Below are positions 48,410 to 58,369 of a DNA stretch of 64,000 nucleotides, piece by piece (within the stretch, counting starts at the first letter, position 1; each line of letters begins with the position of its first letter). Position numbers and translations under genes: made by a program. Below the pieces are notes generated by a model. It was not told the DNA's origin. It saw only the letters and a program-made list of their open reading frames with translations, and did no database searches. The DNA is from Nitrospirota bacterium (GTDB lineage: Bacteria > Nitrospirota > UBA9217): NCBI GenBank assembly GCA_963737155.1, contig CAVTRN010000001.1, positions 512,001 through 576,000 on the forward strand. Reading direction: 5' to 3'.

Positions 48410-48544
48410 CTCCGCAATGCCTCGCCAGCGGCAGCAGTTTCTCCTTCGCATTCCCGAACCGCTTAATTCGATCACCGATATGCATCCGCTCGCATAACGC
48501 ATGAAAAAGAAAATGAGAAGATTTACAGGGGCAGGGTGTTGGTA

Positions 48545-49090
48545 TTAAGGCAGCTGTTTTGTTGCGAACTCCGTCATGCTCCTCGTCAGGGATGCCGCCT
48601 TGTTCGGCGCCATGGCAGCGATGATTGCCCCCGCTTTTTTGCTCTTCATGCGCGTCATGATCTGCAGCTCCGTCGTATCATCGAGCGCGGACAACCGCGC
48701 CGCGGCATCCTCGGCTGTCATGACCTCATAATCCTTTACCACGCTCTCAATTTTTTCATCCTTGATTACTTCAACTTTCTTGAGAATCAATTCAATCTGC
48801 GCAAGCAGTTTGGTGTACGTCGCGATTTTTTCGTCTACGTCTTTCTGGAGGGCGTTCAGCCGCGCTTCGTTGCGTTTGAGGGACTCTTCTTTCTCTTTAA
48901 GTTCGAGGCTCTTGTTCTCCACAAACTTAGCCATATCATCCTGGGCCGCAGCCGTGGATATCAGGGAAGCAAAGACAATGGCCAGATACAAAAAAACAGT
49001 CCCAAGTTTCTTCATGATCGCCGGCAATCTGACTTCAGCCGTTTGAGCCGGATCTTCCATCATCCAACGCCTTTTCTCCAATTCTCTCAT
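48545..49090 (-). CDS. MotE/FlbB-like (MgtE-N-like) flagellar protein
   Basis: TM/signal segment, coiled coil, YEVM...AAA.L...MKSKKAGAIIAAM.P.KAA; follows fliJ. Confidence 0.75.
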   Translation of the reverse strand: MRELEKRRWMMEDPAQTAEVRLPAIMKKLGTVFLYLAIVFASLISTAAAQDDMAKFVENKSLELKEKEESLKRNEARLNALQKDVDEKIATYTKLLAQIELILKKVEVIKDEKIESVVKDYEVMTAEDAAARLSALDDTTELQIMTRMKSKKAGAIIAAMAPNKAASLTRSMTEFATKQLP

Positions 49091-49530
49091 TCCTTCGCCT
49101 TTCTTGTGAGAAACTGGTAATCCGCTTCTTTCTGCTCCTTCTGCGCAAATTCTTTAACCTGTTCCTGATGCATCTTATCCTGCAATATTTCGAAGAGACG
49201 CTGCTCCTTGTAAGCGGCCACCATGGCGTTCTGTTTTTCCTCAAGCCCTGCTGTGCGGCTGGAGATAATGCACTTCTGATGCTCGATTTGTTTATTCAGA
49301 TGCATCAAATAGGTGTAGAAAAGATCCATTTCCTGAACAGGCAGCGTTCCCGCCGTCTGACGGGAGGAAAAATCGTCGCTCGTGCCCAGATATTCGCGTT
49401 CCATCCCGGACAGCTTTTTTTCTTCAGCGTTTAGACGTGCTCTTGCCTTCTTGACTTCTGCCTCCATCTGCTCCGTGTTGAACTCCTTAATTTCGATAAT
49501 TTTCGCCACGGTCTTCTGCTGTTTTGTCAT
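49087..49530 (-). CDS. fliJ: Flagellar export protein FliJ
   Basis: 147-aa coiled coil immediately after fliI; EQKEAD C-terminal motif. Confidence 0.8.
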   Translation of the reverse strand: MTKQQKTVAKIIEIKEFNTEQMEAEVKKARARLNAEEKKLSGMEREYLGTSDDFSSRQTAGTLPVQEMDLFYTYLMHLNKQIEHQKCIISSRTAGLEEKQNAMVAAYKEQRLFEILQDKMHQEQVKEFAQKEQKEADYQFLTRKAKE

Positions 49531-50846
49531 GCCTTGACCCCTGCATTCTCAAACAGAAAATAGAGCCCCTGCAGACTGTCGGCGAAATCACGCCGCTCTT
49601 GCATTCCCTGTTTGAGATAGTTCCGGAACTTGTCAATCATACTGACTGCATAATCGACCTTGGGGTTTGTCCCTTCCTTATAAGCTCCCAGGTTGATCAT
49701 ATCCTCAACTTTCTTGTAGGCAGCCATGGTCTCGATAAATTTTGACGCGAATTCCTTGTGCTTTGCATCGACAATATCGGGCATGAGCCTGCTGATACTT
49801 TGCAGCACATCGATCGCCGGATAGTGGCTTTCCATCGCGAGTTCCCGCGACAACACGATATGGCCGTCCAGAATAGCCCGGGCCGAATCGGCGACGGGGT
49901 CCGACAGGTCATCGCCTTCCACAAGCACCGTGTAAAGGCCGGTGATGCTACCACTTCCCTCGGAGGTCCCGACCCGTTCAAGCAGTTTCGGCAGGAGAGC
50001 GAACACCGAGGGCGTGTAGCCCTTTGCCGTAGGCGGTTCGCCTGTGGCAAGGCCGATTTCACGCTGCGCCATGGCAACACGGGTAAGGGAGTCCATCATC
50101 AGGAGCACATCACTGCCGCGGTCGCGAAAGAACTCAGCGACGGCGGTCGCCACGAGCGCCCCCCGGACTTTCGCCAAGGGAGGCTGCTCAGAGGTGGACA
50201 CGATGACAATGGATTTCTTGATCCCCTCCTCGCCGAGGTCCTTTTCGATGAACTCGCGCACTTCCCGTCCACGCTCGCCGATCAAGGCGATCACGTTTAC
50301 TTGCGCCGCGGTATACCGCGCCATCATGCCGAGCAGAACGCTCTTGCCTACGCCTGAACCGGCCATGATGCCGATGCGTTGTCCCTTGCCGCAAGTGAGC
50401 AGGCCGTTGATTGATCGGATGCCGAGATCTATAGGGTCCTTGATCCGCCGCCGTTTCAGTGGATGGGGCGTGGTTGAATACAGGGGATACTCGCTCCCCG
50501 TAATCGGCCCTTTCCCGTCAATGGGCTCGCCCCTGTCGTTGATTACGCGGCCGATCAGGGCCGGTGAGACGCATACAGTGACTTTCTTGCCAATGGGAAA
50601 GACCCTGCTGCCGGATTTGATGCCGGAGAGGTCGCCAATGGCCATGAGCAGCACCCTGCCGTCCCGGAACCCTACGACTTCCGCTTCCAGTTCCATATTC
50701 TCGGAGAGAATGCGGCACGATTCACCGATGCTCACCTTCATACCCGTCGCCTTGACGATGATGCCCGTGATTTCAATCACCCTGCCGTACACCTTCATCG
50801 GCTCGGCTTCGGCAACTACGTTGATATAGGGAGAGAGGTCAATCAT
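49527..50846 (-). CDS. fliI: Flagellar export ATPase
   Basis: AGSGVGKS Walker A, GERGREVREF and DGHIVLSR motifs. Confidence 0.96.
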   Translation of the reverse strand: MIDLSPYINVVAEAEPMKVYGRVIEITGIIVKATGMKVSIGESCRILSENMELEAEVVGFRDGRVLLMAIGDLSGIKSGSRVFPIGKKVTVCVSPALIGRVINDRGEPIDGKGPITGSEYPLYSTTPHPLKRRRIKDPIDLGIRSINGLLTCGKGQRIGIMAGSGVGKSVLLGMMARYTAAQVNVIALIGERGREVREFIEKDLGEEGIKKSIVIVSTSEQPPLAKVRGALVATAVAEFFRDRGSDVLLMMDSLTRVAMAQREIGLATGEPPTAKGYTPSVFALLPKLLERVGTSEGSGSITGLYTVLVEGDDLSDPVADSARAILDGHIVLSRELAMESHYPAIDVLQSISRLMPDIVDAKHKEFASKFIETMAAYKKVEDMINLGAYKEGTNPKVDYAVSMIDKFRNYLKQGMQERRDFADSLQGLYFLFENAGVKA

Positions 50847-50849
50847 AGT

Positions 50850-50980
50850 GAATTACCCCGCAGCAAGCTGCGGGGCATCGGAACTTGAAACCTTAAAAAA
50901 GCACAACAAAGAAGCTGAAGACTTATCCTGGCTTCGCCAGGATGTCCTTTTCATCCCAGCAGCAAGCTGCTGGGTATTTC
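50850..50980. mobile_element. Non-autonomous palindromic element (IS200/IS605-derived MITE or REP-like)
   Basis: CCCCGCAGC-AA-GCTGCGGGG (50856-50875), ATCCTGGC-TTC-GCCAGGAT (50925-50943) and CCCAGCAGC-AA-GCTGCTGGG (50955-50974). Confidence 0.65.
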
Positions 50981-51170
50981 AGGACTGTTTTATAAATCCA
51001 GAACTGACGGTCCCGTGATAATCGGGTATAAACCTTTAACGCCATTCCGCCTGCCCTAGCGTGCTGACAACGAGCAGGGGCTTGGCCGGAATCATTTTTT
51101 TTCAGAATGTTCTGCGCCACCCTGATTCTCCGGAATCCAGAAGGGCGACTGAGAACAAAAGCAGACTCTT

Positions 51171-51773
51171 TCATTCGCGGCTCAGACGAGCTCCCATATC
51201 CTTGATCAGGTTCTTCAATTGTTCATCAATGTCGGTAACAACGTCCTCTACCGGCCCCATAACGACGGTACCGAACCGGGAGACCGTCGGGTCGGCATCC
51301 AATACGATATCAGGATGGATCCGAGCGAGATCGGGCTTGTGCTTCATAAAAAAGTCATAGAGCAGAGGATTAACCTTAATGGTGATCTGTCCGGACCGCT
51401 CCAGTCTCATGAGGCCATCTTTCGTCATATTGACGATTTCTTCAGGTTTGACCGTCAATTCATGGGTGAGGATCTTTCTTGCAAGAGCGGTGGCCAGTGC
51501 TACGCACTGCGGTTCGACTTCCTTCACGATCCGGGCCCTCAGCGTCGCGATATCGGTCAGCATTGCTTCGAGTTTGTCGATCAGCACCTTCGCCTTTTCT
51601 TCACCCATTTCGAAGCCAGCCTTTTCACCTACCGCATAGGCCTTCTCGTATGCTTCTCGTTCGATATGATCCGCAGTCCGGCCGATGGAATTGGTGTCTT
51701 TGAGCGCCGGCATGGTAAACCGTACCAGTTCTCGGTCATCCGAAATCCGCCTTTTATACGACAAGCTCTTCAC
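51171..51773 (-). CDS. fliH: Flagellar assembly protein FliH
   Basis: EREAYEKAYAVGEKAGFEMG AxxxG repeats; lies between fliG and fliI; GTG start. Confidence 0.88.
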   Translation of the reverse strand: MKSLSYKRRISDDRELVRFTMPALKDTNSIGRTADHIEREAYEKAYAVGEKAGFEMGEEKAKVLIDKLEAMLTDIATLRARIVKEVEPQCVALATALARKILTHELTVKPEEIVNMTKDGLMRLERSGQITIKVNPLLYDFFMKHKPDLARIHPDIVLDADPTVSRFGTVVMGPVEDVVTDIDEQLKNLIKDMGARLSRE

Positions 51774-52737
51774 TGCCCCTCCCAGCCAGAATAATCTTGC
51801 CTTCCGTCTCCAATTTTCTGGCAACTTTCACTATGTTCTGTTGCGCCTTTTCCACATCCGATACCTTGACGGGTCCCTTTGTCTGCATGTCTTCTTTGAG
51901 GATCTGGGCGGCGCGCTGGGACATGTTCTTGTAAATCTTTTCCTTAAGGGCCTCCGATGCGGTCTTGAGTGCGATGGAAAGCTCCTCGGTCCCCGTTTCC
52001 TTCAAAATCATCTGAATGCCGCGATCATCCACCTTGACCAGGTCGTCAAAGACGAACATGAGCTTTCTGATCGAATCGGCCATATTGTTGTTCTGCTCCT
52101 CGATTTTGCCAAGGACCGTCTGCTCCGTAGAGCGGTCACACTGGTTCAGGATCTCGGCGATGGTTTTCGTGCCGCCCATTTTTTTGCCCTTGTTCTTGCC
52201 CATTTCGAGCTGACCCTTAAGCACTTCTTTGAGCTCCTCGATCGCATTCTCCGGGATGCGGTCCGTAGAAGCAATGCGCATGGCCACATCGCCCTTGATG
52301 GTCTCCGGAAGGGCCGACAGCACTTCTGCGGCCTGCTGCGGTTCGAGCAGGCAGATGATGAGCGCGATTGTCTGGGGATGCTCGGTCACGAGAAAGTTGA
52401 CGAGCGTTTTTGCATCGACCCAGCGCAAGGACTCAAGAGGACCTTCTTTGGAGGCCATCTCCATGATCTTGCTGGCGCCATCCTCGCCGAGGCCACGGGA
52501 GAGTACCTTTTTGACGTAATCGGTCCCGCCGACCCGGATATCGCCTTTCGATACGCTGTCCGACACCTCTTTCAGCACATTGTCGATAGTATCCCGGGAG
52601 ACAGTTTTGAGCCGCGTCATAACGGTGGTAATACGCCCGATCTCTTTTACATCGAGCCCTTTCAAGACATCCGCCGCGGCGTCCTCGCCCAGGGCACTCA
52701 AGAAAATTGCCGCTTTTTCATAACCTTGCAGGGGCAT
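51754..52737 (-). CDS. fliG: Flagellar motor switch protein FliG
   Basis: KAAIFL, EHPQTIALI, MFVFDDL and NMSQRAA motifs. Confidence 0.97.
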   Translation of the reverse strand: MPLQGYEKAAIFLSALGEDAAADVLKGLDVKEIGRITTVMTRLKTVSRDTIDNVLKEVSDSVSKGDIRVGGTDYVKKVLSRGLGEDGASKIMEMASKEGPLESLRWVDAKTLVNFLVTEHPQTIALIICLLEPQQAAEVLSALPETIKGDVAMRIASTDRIPENAIEELKEVLKGQLEMGKNKGKKMGGTKTIAEILNQCDRSTEQTVLGKIEEQNNNMADSIRKLMFVFDDLVKVDDRGIQMILKETGTEELSIALKTASEALKEKIYKNMSQRAAQILKEDMQTKGPVKVSDVEKAQQNIVKVARKLETEGKIILAGRGSEELVV

Positions 52738-52793
52738 CCGAAACTCCTTATCTGACTTAATATTTTCTGTTCTTCAATCTGAACTCTGAATTG

Positions 52794-54341
52794 TTATTTC
52801 TCATCAAGCCAGCCCTTAACAAGGTTCGTCGCCTCTTGCGGGTTCTTCTTGGCCCAGTCGGTAAGCTGCTCCTGCGATGACCGTGCTGGCATAGCGATCG
52901 TTTTTTGCAGTTGACCAACGGTCTGCGGGAGGGAGATCTGTTGCTGCGGCAGCGCCGTTGTCGGTGTCGACGTGGTTATTGCGCTCATGAGCGGCTTGAT
53001 GACGAAAAGGAAGAGTAGCAATATCCCGATAAGGGGAACAACATATTTCGCGGCCATCGTGAACATAGGTAAGACCGACGAAGCCTGCACCGGGGCCGCA
53101 TCGACAATCTCTTCCTGTGGGGTAACGTCAAAGGGCATATTGACGACCTTGACTTCGTCGCCTCGGTCCGCGCTGAAACCGATGGCCTTCTTCACCATAT
53201 CCTCGAACTGCAGCACTTCCTCCTCGGTGCGGGGTGTATACTTCTTCGCAGTCGAGCCCGAGGTCGTGGCATAGGTACCGTCCACGAGGACCACGGCGGA
53301 AAGCTTCTTGAGTTCACCCGTCGGGCTGACGATATGGCTTATTGTTTTGCTGATCTCATAGTTAACGGTCTCATTCTTCTTGTCTGAAACAGACGGCGTG
53401 CCTGGCTGGGCCGGCGCTTGCTGTTTCCCTGGCAGATTCGACGCCACACCGGGTATGCCACCATTTGTCGCACCGGTCGATTTTTCAGTGTTCTGCTGTT
53501 CACTCCTCGCCACCTGGCTGTCGGGATCGTATTTTTCCTCGGTTCTCTCCATTTTCGTGAAATCGAAACTGGATGCAATCCGCACTTTCACTTTGCCTTT
53601 GCCCACAACCGGTTCGAGCATGCTCCTGACCTTGGTCTCAACCTCCCGCTCATAGTTCCGCTGATAATCGAGCTGGCTGCTGGACACGGCGAAATCTTCG
53701 TCAACCACTGACGTCAGCATTTCACCGTTATTGTCAATAATCGACACGTCGTTCGGGTCGAGGCCTTCCACGCTGCTTGCGACAAGATGCACGATGCCCT
53801 GGACCTGAGGTGGCGAAAGCTTTCTTCCAGAGCGGAGCTTCAGCAGGACCGATGCTTTGGGTTTTTCGTCCTTCTGCATGAACAGAGTCTTTTCAGGCAC
53901 AACAAGGTGGACCCGGCACTCATCGACTTCCACCAAAGACCGGATCGTCCTCGACAGCTCCCCCTGAAGGGCACGCCGGTAGTCCAATTTCTGCACGAAA
54001 TCGGTCATGGTAAAGTTGGCCTTGTCAAAAATCTCGAAGCCGACGCCGCCTCCCTGCGGCAGCCCCTGGCTTGCAAGCTGAAGTCTGACTTCATATACTT
54101 TGTCTGCAGGCACCATTATGCCGCTGCCATCCATGGTGTAGGGGATCTTCTGCTCATTCAGCTTTTGGACGATAGCGGCTGCATCCTCCTGGCTCAGGTT
54201 AGAAAACAGGAGTTGCTGATCAGCCTTCTGGAGCCAGGTGATCAGCAGAATACCGGCCGTGATCACAAGGGCCGCCACAACGAGCAGCACGGTCAGCTTT
54301 TTCGTTGGAAGCGTACGTACCTGTTCAACAAGATCTGCCAT
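52794..54341 (-). CDS. fliF: Flagellar M-ring protein FliF
   Basis: VGFEIFD, RALQGELSRTI, ASSVEGL and GIPGVASN motifs. Confidence 0.96.
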   Translation of the reverse strand: MADLVEQVRTLPTKKLTVLLVVAALVITAGILLITWLQKADQQLLFSNLSQEDAAAIVQKLNEQKIPYTMDGSGIMVPADKVYEVRLQLASQGLPQGGGVGFEIFDKANFTMTDFVQKLDYRRALQGELSRTIRSLVEVDECRVHLVVPEKTLFMQKDEKPKASVLLKLRSGRKLSPPQVQGIVHLVASSVEGLDPNDVSIIDNNGEMLTSVVDEDFAVSSSQLDYQRNYEREVETKVRSMLEPVVGKGKVKVRIASSFDFTKMERTEEKYDPDSQVARSEQQNTEKSTGATNGGIPGVASNLPGKQQAPAQPGTPSVSDKKNETVNYEISKTISHIVSPTGELKKLSAVVLVDGTYATTSGSTAKKYTPRTEEEVLQFEDMVKKAIGFSADRGDEVKVVNMPFDVTPQEEIVDAAPVQASSVLPMFTMAAKYVVPLIGILLLFLFVIKPLMSAITTSTPTTALPQQQISLPQTVGQLQKTIAMPARSSQEQLTDWAKKNPQEATNLVKGWLDEK

Positions 54342-54446
54342 TGTTTCACCTCATGGTTAACAATTTAAACTCGGAAAGGGCGGACAAAATTTTCTCTAAA
54401 CCCACCACCCTGAACTCTCCATTCATACCTCGGAGTTTATTACTGA

Positions 54447-54740
54447 CTATATCTGCATACCCATTACCGTCTGGTATGCGGAAATCAGTTTGTTTCTGAC
54501 CTCGATCATAAGTTGAAAGTTCATATCCGCCTTTTCCATGGCGATTATGGCCTCATTCGGGTCTCCGCCTGAGCCCAATTCCTGCACAGATTTCTCAGCA
54601 TCGCTCTGAACCTGGGATATTTTCCCCATTGCCTCCTGCATCAAGTCATCAAAAGCAGAACCCGGTTTACTTCCGCCGGACTCAATTTGTGGAAGCATCG
54701 GCTTGATTCCCACTCCGTTAATCATGAAGTCAGTCATCAT
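54447..54740 (-). CDS. fliE: Hook-basal body protein FliE
   Basis: EKADMNFQLMIEVRNKLISAYQ. Confidence 0.93.
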   Translation of the reverse strand: MMTDFMINGVGIKPMLPQIESGGSKPGSAFDDLMQEAMGKISQVQSDAEKSVQELGSGGDPNEAIIAMEKADMNFQLMIEVRNKLISAYQTVMGMQI

Positions 54741-55150
54741 ACGCTCCCGAGATCCAAGGTTTTACTGAACATGGTTTTCGCCATATTAAAGGCCGATATG
54801 GACGCCTCGTAGGCCCGCGAAGCCATCGTCATATTCACCATCTCCTCAATAATGCTCACATTTGGCATGGATACATAGCCATCCTTGTCCGCGTCGGGAT
54901 GACCGGGATCATATACCGTCTTGAGGGGGGAGTCGTCCTTGACGATTCCGCTCACCTTGACTCCTACAAGCCCATCTTGGTCATCCGAGTCGGGATCGGT
55001 AGAAAAAACCACATCTTGTCTCCGGTAAGGACCGCCTTCGTCGGTTCTCGTAGACTCGGCATTCGCCATATTTGACGCGATAACGTTCATTCGTTGACGC
55101 TGTGCCTCCATCGCTGATGCGCTTACGTTGAATACTCCGAACGAATCCAT
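54737..55150 (-). CDS. flgC: Basal-body rod protein FlgC
   Basis: SNMANAESTR...GPYRRQ, YDPGHPDAD..GYV.MPNV. Confidence 0.96.
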   Translation of the reverse strand: MDSFGVFNVSASAMEAQRQRMNVIASNMANAESTRTDEGGPYRRQDVVFSTDPDSDDQDGLVGVKVSGIVKDDSPLKTVYDPGHPDADKDGYVSMPNVSIIEEMVNMTMASRAYEASISAFNMAKTMFSKTLDLGSV

Positions 55151-55221
55151 TTTTTGCCTCCGCAAATTTATGAGAGAGCAAGTAGCTCTGCGTGTCCGCT
55201 ACCGTTTCCCCCTTTTCTCGT

Positions 55222-55587
55222 TTAAGACGTCTTCAATGCACTCTTGAACATTAAGATTTTCTTCTTCAGGAGGGTGATCCCTGCTTCAAAACGCATGGCA
55301 TTCTCAGTCATTTTCGCCACTTCCATGTCCAGCTCAACATTGTTCTTATCAGCCCAGGACTGGGAATCCTCTCCCGTCAATTCGCCCGAGCTGCCCTCGC
55401 CAGAAGCCTGTATATGTCTTGGATTGGTAGTAACCATGCTCATTTCGTTCCCCAGTACCTGGTCAAACTTGATATCCTTGGCGTGATAATTCGGCGTGTC
55501 CACGTTTGCAATATTAGACGTAAGCACATTATTCCGAATGCTGGTTTGCCGGATGATTCCCTCCAATACGGTCATCCCATCAGCCAT
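55222..55587 (-). CDS. flgB: Basal-body rod protein FlgB
   Basis: SNIANVDTPNY, NNVELDMEVAKM.EN. Confidence 0.95.
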   Translation of the reverse strand: MADGMTVLEGIIRQTSIRNNVLTSNIANVDTPNYHAKDIKFDQVLGNEMSMVTTNPRHIQASGEGSSGELTGEDSQSWADKNNVELDMEVAKMTENAMRFEAGITLLKKKILMFKSALKTS

Positions 55588-55612
55588 GTGATCCTCCCTC
55601 CCGACAATTCAA

Positions 55613-55627
55613 TCAATTACCATGCCA
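55613..55627 (-). promoter_or_regulatory. sigma54-like promoter of flgB
   Basis: TGGCATGGTAATTGA (the -12 element is TTGA rather than TTGC). Confidence 0.55.
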
Positions 55628-55807
55628 GACCAATACAAAATCAGTACACAGTTCACAGTTAAAGTTTATAAGTCGCTATCAGTTGCGGTGTCATTCCAAT
55701 TTGTCCGAAACCGTTCTTTTTCAATCTGTTGAACATTAACAAAATTACGGCCAACCTGGGATGCCATCAAGCACGGCTTTTTAGAGACTATCAAGTAGGA
55801 AAATTTT

Positions 55808-57112
55808 TCACCCTACTGGCACATTTTGCCCATACTCGTTCAATTTGTTCCGCACGGTCCTGACGCTCACTCCCAACAATTTCGCAGCCCTCGACTTGTT
55901 GCCGTTCACTTCCTTGAGCGTCTTCAGAATCATATCCCGTTCCATGTCTTTGAGCTTTCCGTTCGCGTTATGGTCAACTTCCGACCGACCGAGCATGAAA
56001 TCATCGACGTCCACGACGTCCCCGGCACAGAGGAACACAGCACGCTGGATAACGTTTTCTAGCTCCCGCACGTTGCCCCGCCAAGGCATCTTTGTGAGCA
56101 GGTCAATGGCCTCCTGCGTGCATCCTATCAGATTTTTGCCCGCGACCCCTGAAAAACGCTCTACGAAACACTTTGTCAGCGCAATGATGTCTTCCGGGCG
56201 CTCGCGCAGCGGCGGTACTTTGATCGGGAACACATTCAGCCGGTAGAACAGATCTTCCCGGAACCGTCCTTCAGCGCACTCCGTCTCAAGGTCCCGGTTC
56301 GTGGTTGTGATGACTCGCACATCCACGGGAACCGGTTCCTTGCCGCCGACGCGGTCAACCTCGCGCTCCTGCAGCACCCGGAGCAGTTTCGCCTGAAGCA
56401 TTATAGGCATCTCGCCGATTTCGTCCAGGAGGATTGTCCCTCCATCGGCAAGTTCGAGCTTTCCTTTCCTGCGGTCCACCGCGCCGGTGAAAGCGCCTTT
56501 CTCATGGCCGAAAAGCTCCGACTCCAGAAGGTTATCCGGAATGGCCGCGCAGTTCACGGCCACAAAGGGTTTGTTCTTGCGCTTGCTCGTCTGGTGAATG
56601 TGACGGGCAATCAGTTCCTTGCCTGTGCCGCTTTCTCCGGTGATCAGCACCGTAATATCGTTTGCCGCGAGATTCCCGGCGAGTTGAACGATCTTGCGCA
56701 TTTCCGCGTTTTCGGTCAGGATGTTTTTCCCTGTTGCCTGCCGGCTGAGGATCGATTCGATTGCCTTGCTCAGCGAATCAAAGGAAAAAGGTTTCATGAG
56801 GTAGTCCGTGGCTCCCTCTTTCATTGTTTCCACCGCGTTTTCGATGGTGCCGAAGCCCGTGATTACCAGCACGGGCAGGTTGCCGACGCGCCGCCGCACT
56901 TCCTTCAGGAAAGTAAGGCCATCCATTTTCGGCATCTTCATGTCCGTCACGACCAGGGAATAGGAAGCGTCGCTCAGCTTTTCAACAGCATCTGTTCCGC
57001 TCTCGCACAGAACGGCTTTGTGTCCGAGCCGCTGAATCGCCTTGGACAGGGCGGCGCGCATCTGATCGTCGTCGTCCACCACCATTATGGGTTTTGTTTG
57101 TGATGCCATCAT
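55808..57112 (-). CDS. fleR: sigma54-dependent response regulator (FleR/FlrC-like)
   Basis: Receiver, [14 protein letters not shown] and Fis HTH; follows the PAS kinase and precedes flgB. Confidence 0.85.
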   Translation of the reverse strand: MMASQTKPIMVVDDDDQMRAALSKAIQRLGHKAVLCESGTDAVEKLSDASYSLVVTDMKMPKMDGLTFLKEVRRRVGNLPVLVITGFGTIENAVETMKEGATDYLMKPFSFDSLSKAIESILSRQATGKNILTENAEMRKIVQLAGNLAANDITVLITGESGTGKELIARHIHQTSKRKNKPFVAVNCAAIPDNLLESELFGHEKGAFTGAVDRRKGKLELADGGTILLDEIGEMPIMLQAKLLRVLQEREVDRVGGKEPVPVDVRVITTTNRDLETECAEGRFREDLFYRLNVFPIKVPPLRERPEDIIALTKCFVERFSGVAGKNLIGCTQEAIDLLTKMPWRGNVRELENVIQRAVFLCAGDVVDVDDFMLGRSEVDHNANGKLKDMERDMILKTLKEVNGNKSRAAKLLGVSVRTVRNKLNEYGQNVPVG

Positions 57113-57125
57113 GTCCTTACTCCTT

Positions 57126-58361
57126 TCAAACCGCTGAAACGGCATCCCTGAGCGCGGGGTGCCTGGCGTCTTCAATCTTTTGGACCATAGCGAGTGCAGG
57201 CCGGCCGCAGAGGTTTTCTCTTTTCTCCACAGGGAAATAAAGACTGAACAAGCTCCCCTTCCCCTGCTCGCTCGCGACCTTGATATAGCCACCGTTCGCC
57301 CGCATGATATTCGATGCAATTACGAGGCCGAGGCCGGTACCACTGTCCTTAGTGGTAAAAAAGGGGTCGAAGATGCGTTCTAGGTTCTCCGGGGCAATGC
57401 CGTCCCCCGAGTCCTTCACGCTGACAACAACTGATTCATTGTCGCGATCCATGCCGATCTCGAGAGAACCACCTTCCGGCATTGCCTGGACGGCGTTGAT
57501 CATAATGTTCATGAACACCTGCTTGAGCAGCTCGGCATCGCCACACACTTCGCAAGCCATGCAGGATACGCGGCACCGCACGTTGCGCGTTTCCATCATC
57601 GGCTGAAGCATGTGCACTGCTTCCTCGATGACGCTGTCAAGCCGCATTGTCCTGAGCGATGGCTGGCTGGGTTTCGCGAAAAAGAGCATGTTGCTCATAA
57701 TCGTATTGAGGCTACCTATGCCCGCCGTAACCCCGCGGGCCAGGTCCTTGTGCGACGTCATCGTGAGATCCCGCTCGAGCATGGTCGCGAACAGCTCGAT
57801 GCTGCAGAGCGGATTCCTGATTTCGTGCACCAGCTTGGCAGACATCTCACCCATGGCGATCAAGCGCTGGTTCCGCTCGTGGCGCAGTTCAAGTTCCCGC
57901 AGCCTCGTAATGTCCTTGATCAGAATGACGCGGCCCCGGAGGCTTCCTTCAGCGTCTATGACGTCCGATTGGGACAGGATGATGCTGTATTTCTTGCCGC
58001 CTGCCGTGAGCTGTGTGCCCGTATTTTCTTTTGTCAGAAAAAAGGAAAGCGCAGTGAACGACCTGCCCGCAGCCTCGGCAGAGGAGATCCCGAGAAGTTC
58101 TTCCGCTGACCGGTTCATAGTCGTCACCAGTCCCTCGGGATCGACGGCGATAATCGCCTCCTCGAGATTATGCAAGATCGCCTTTAGATAATCCTTGTTC
58201 CGCTCGGCATCAGCAAGGGCGTCTTTGAGCTGCCGGTTCCGGATTTCCAGTTCGTTGGTCAGGTATGCTATCTGTTCCTTAAGCGCACCGTAGTGCGTTT
58301 CAAGACTTTTAGACGCGGCGGAAAAATTCTGGAAAGCCTCGTTCAACTGGTCAATCTTCAT
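57126..58361 (-). CDS. fleS: PAS sensor histidine kinase (FleS/FlrB-like)
   Basis: LNEAFQNF..AS..L...Y N-terminus, HEIRNPL and GTGLGL motifs. Confidence 0.85.
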   Translation of the reverse strand: MKIDQLNEAFQNFSAASKSLETHYGALKEQIAYLTNELEIRNRQLKDALADAERNKDYLKAILHNLEEAIIAVDPEGLVTTMNRSAEELLGISSAEAAGRSFTALSFFLTKENTGTQLTAGGKKYSIILSQSDVIDAEGSLRGRVILIKDITRLRELELRHERNQRLIAMGEMSAKLVHEIRNPLCSIELFATMLERDLTMTSHKDLARGVTAGIGSLNTIMSNMLFFAKPSQPSLRTMRLDSVIEEAVHMLQPMMETRNVRCRVSCMACEVCGDAELLKQVFMNIMINAVQAMPEGGSLEIGMDRDNESVVVSVKDSGDGIAPENLERIFDPFFTTKDSGTGLGLVIASNIMRANGGYIKVASEQGKGSLFSLYFPVEKRENLCGRPALAMVQKIEDARHPALRDAVSAV

Positions 58362-58369
58362 AGCTGGTC

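Noticed and set aside
50856-50974. Two near-identical palindromes as a mini-CRISPR
   Set aside because: Only two imperfect copies, spacing too long and no cas genes; fits a MITE/REP element better
50044-52755. Long plus-strand ORFs (261, 191 and 356 aa)
   Set aside because: Antisense shadows of fliI, fliH and fliG caused by codon bias
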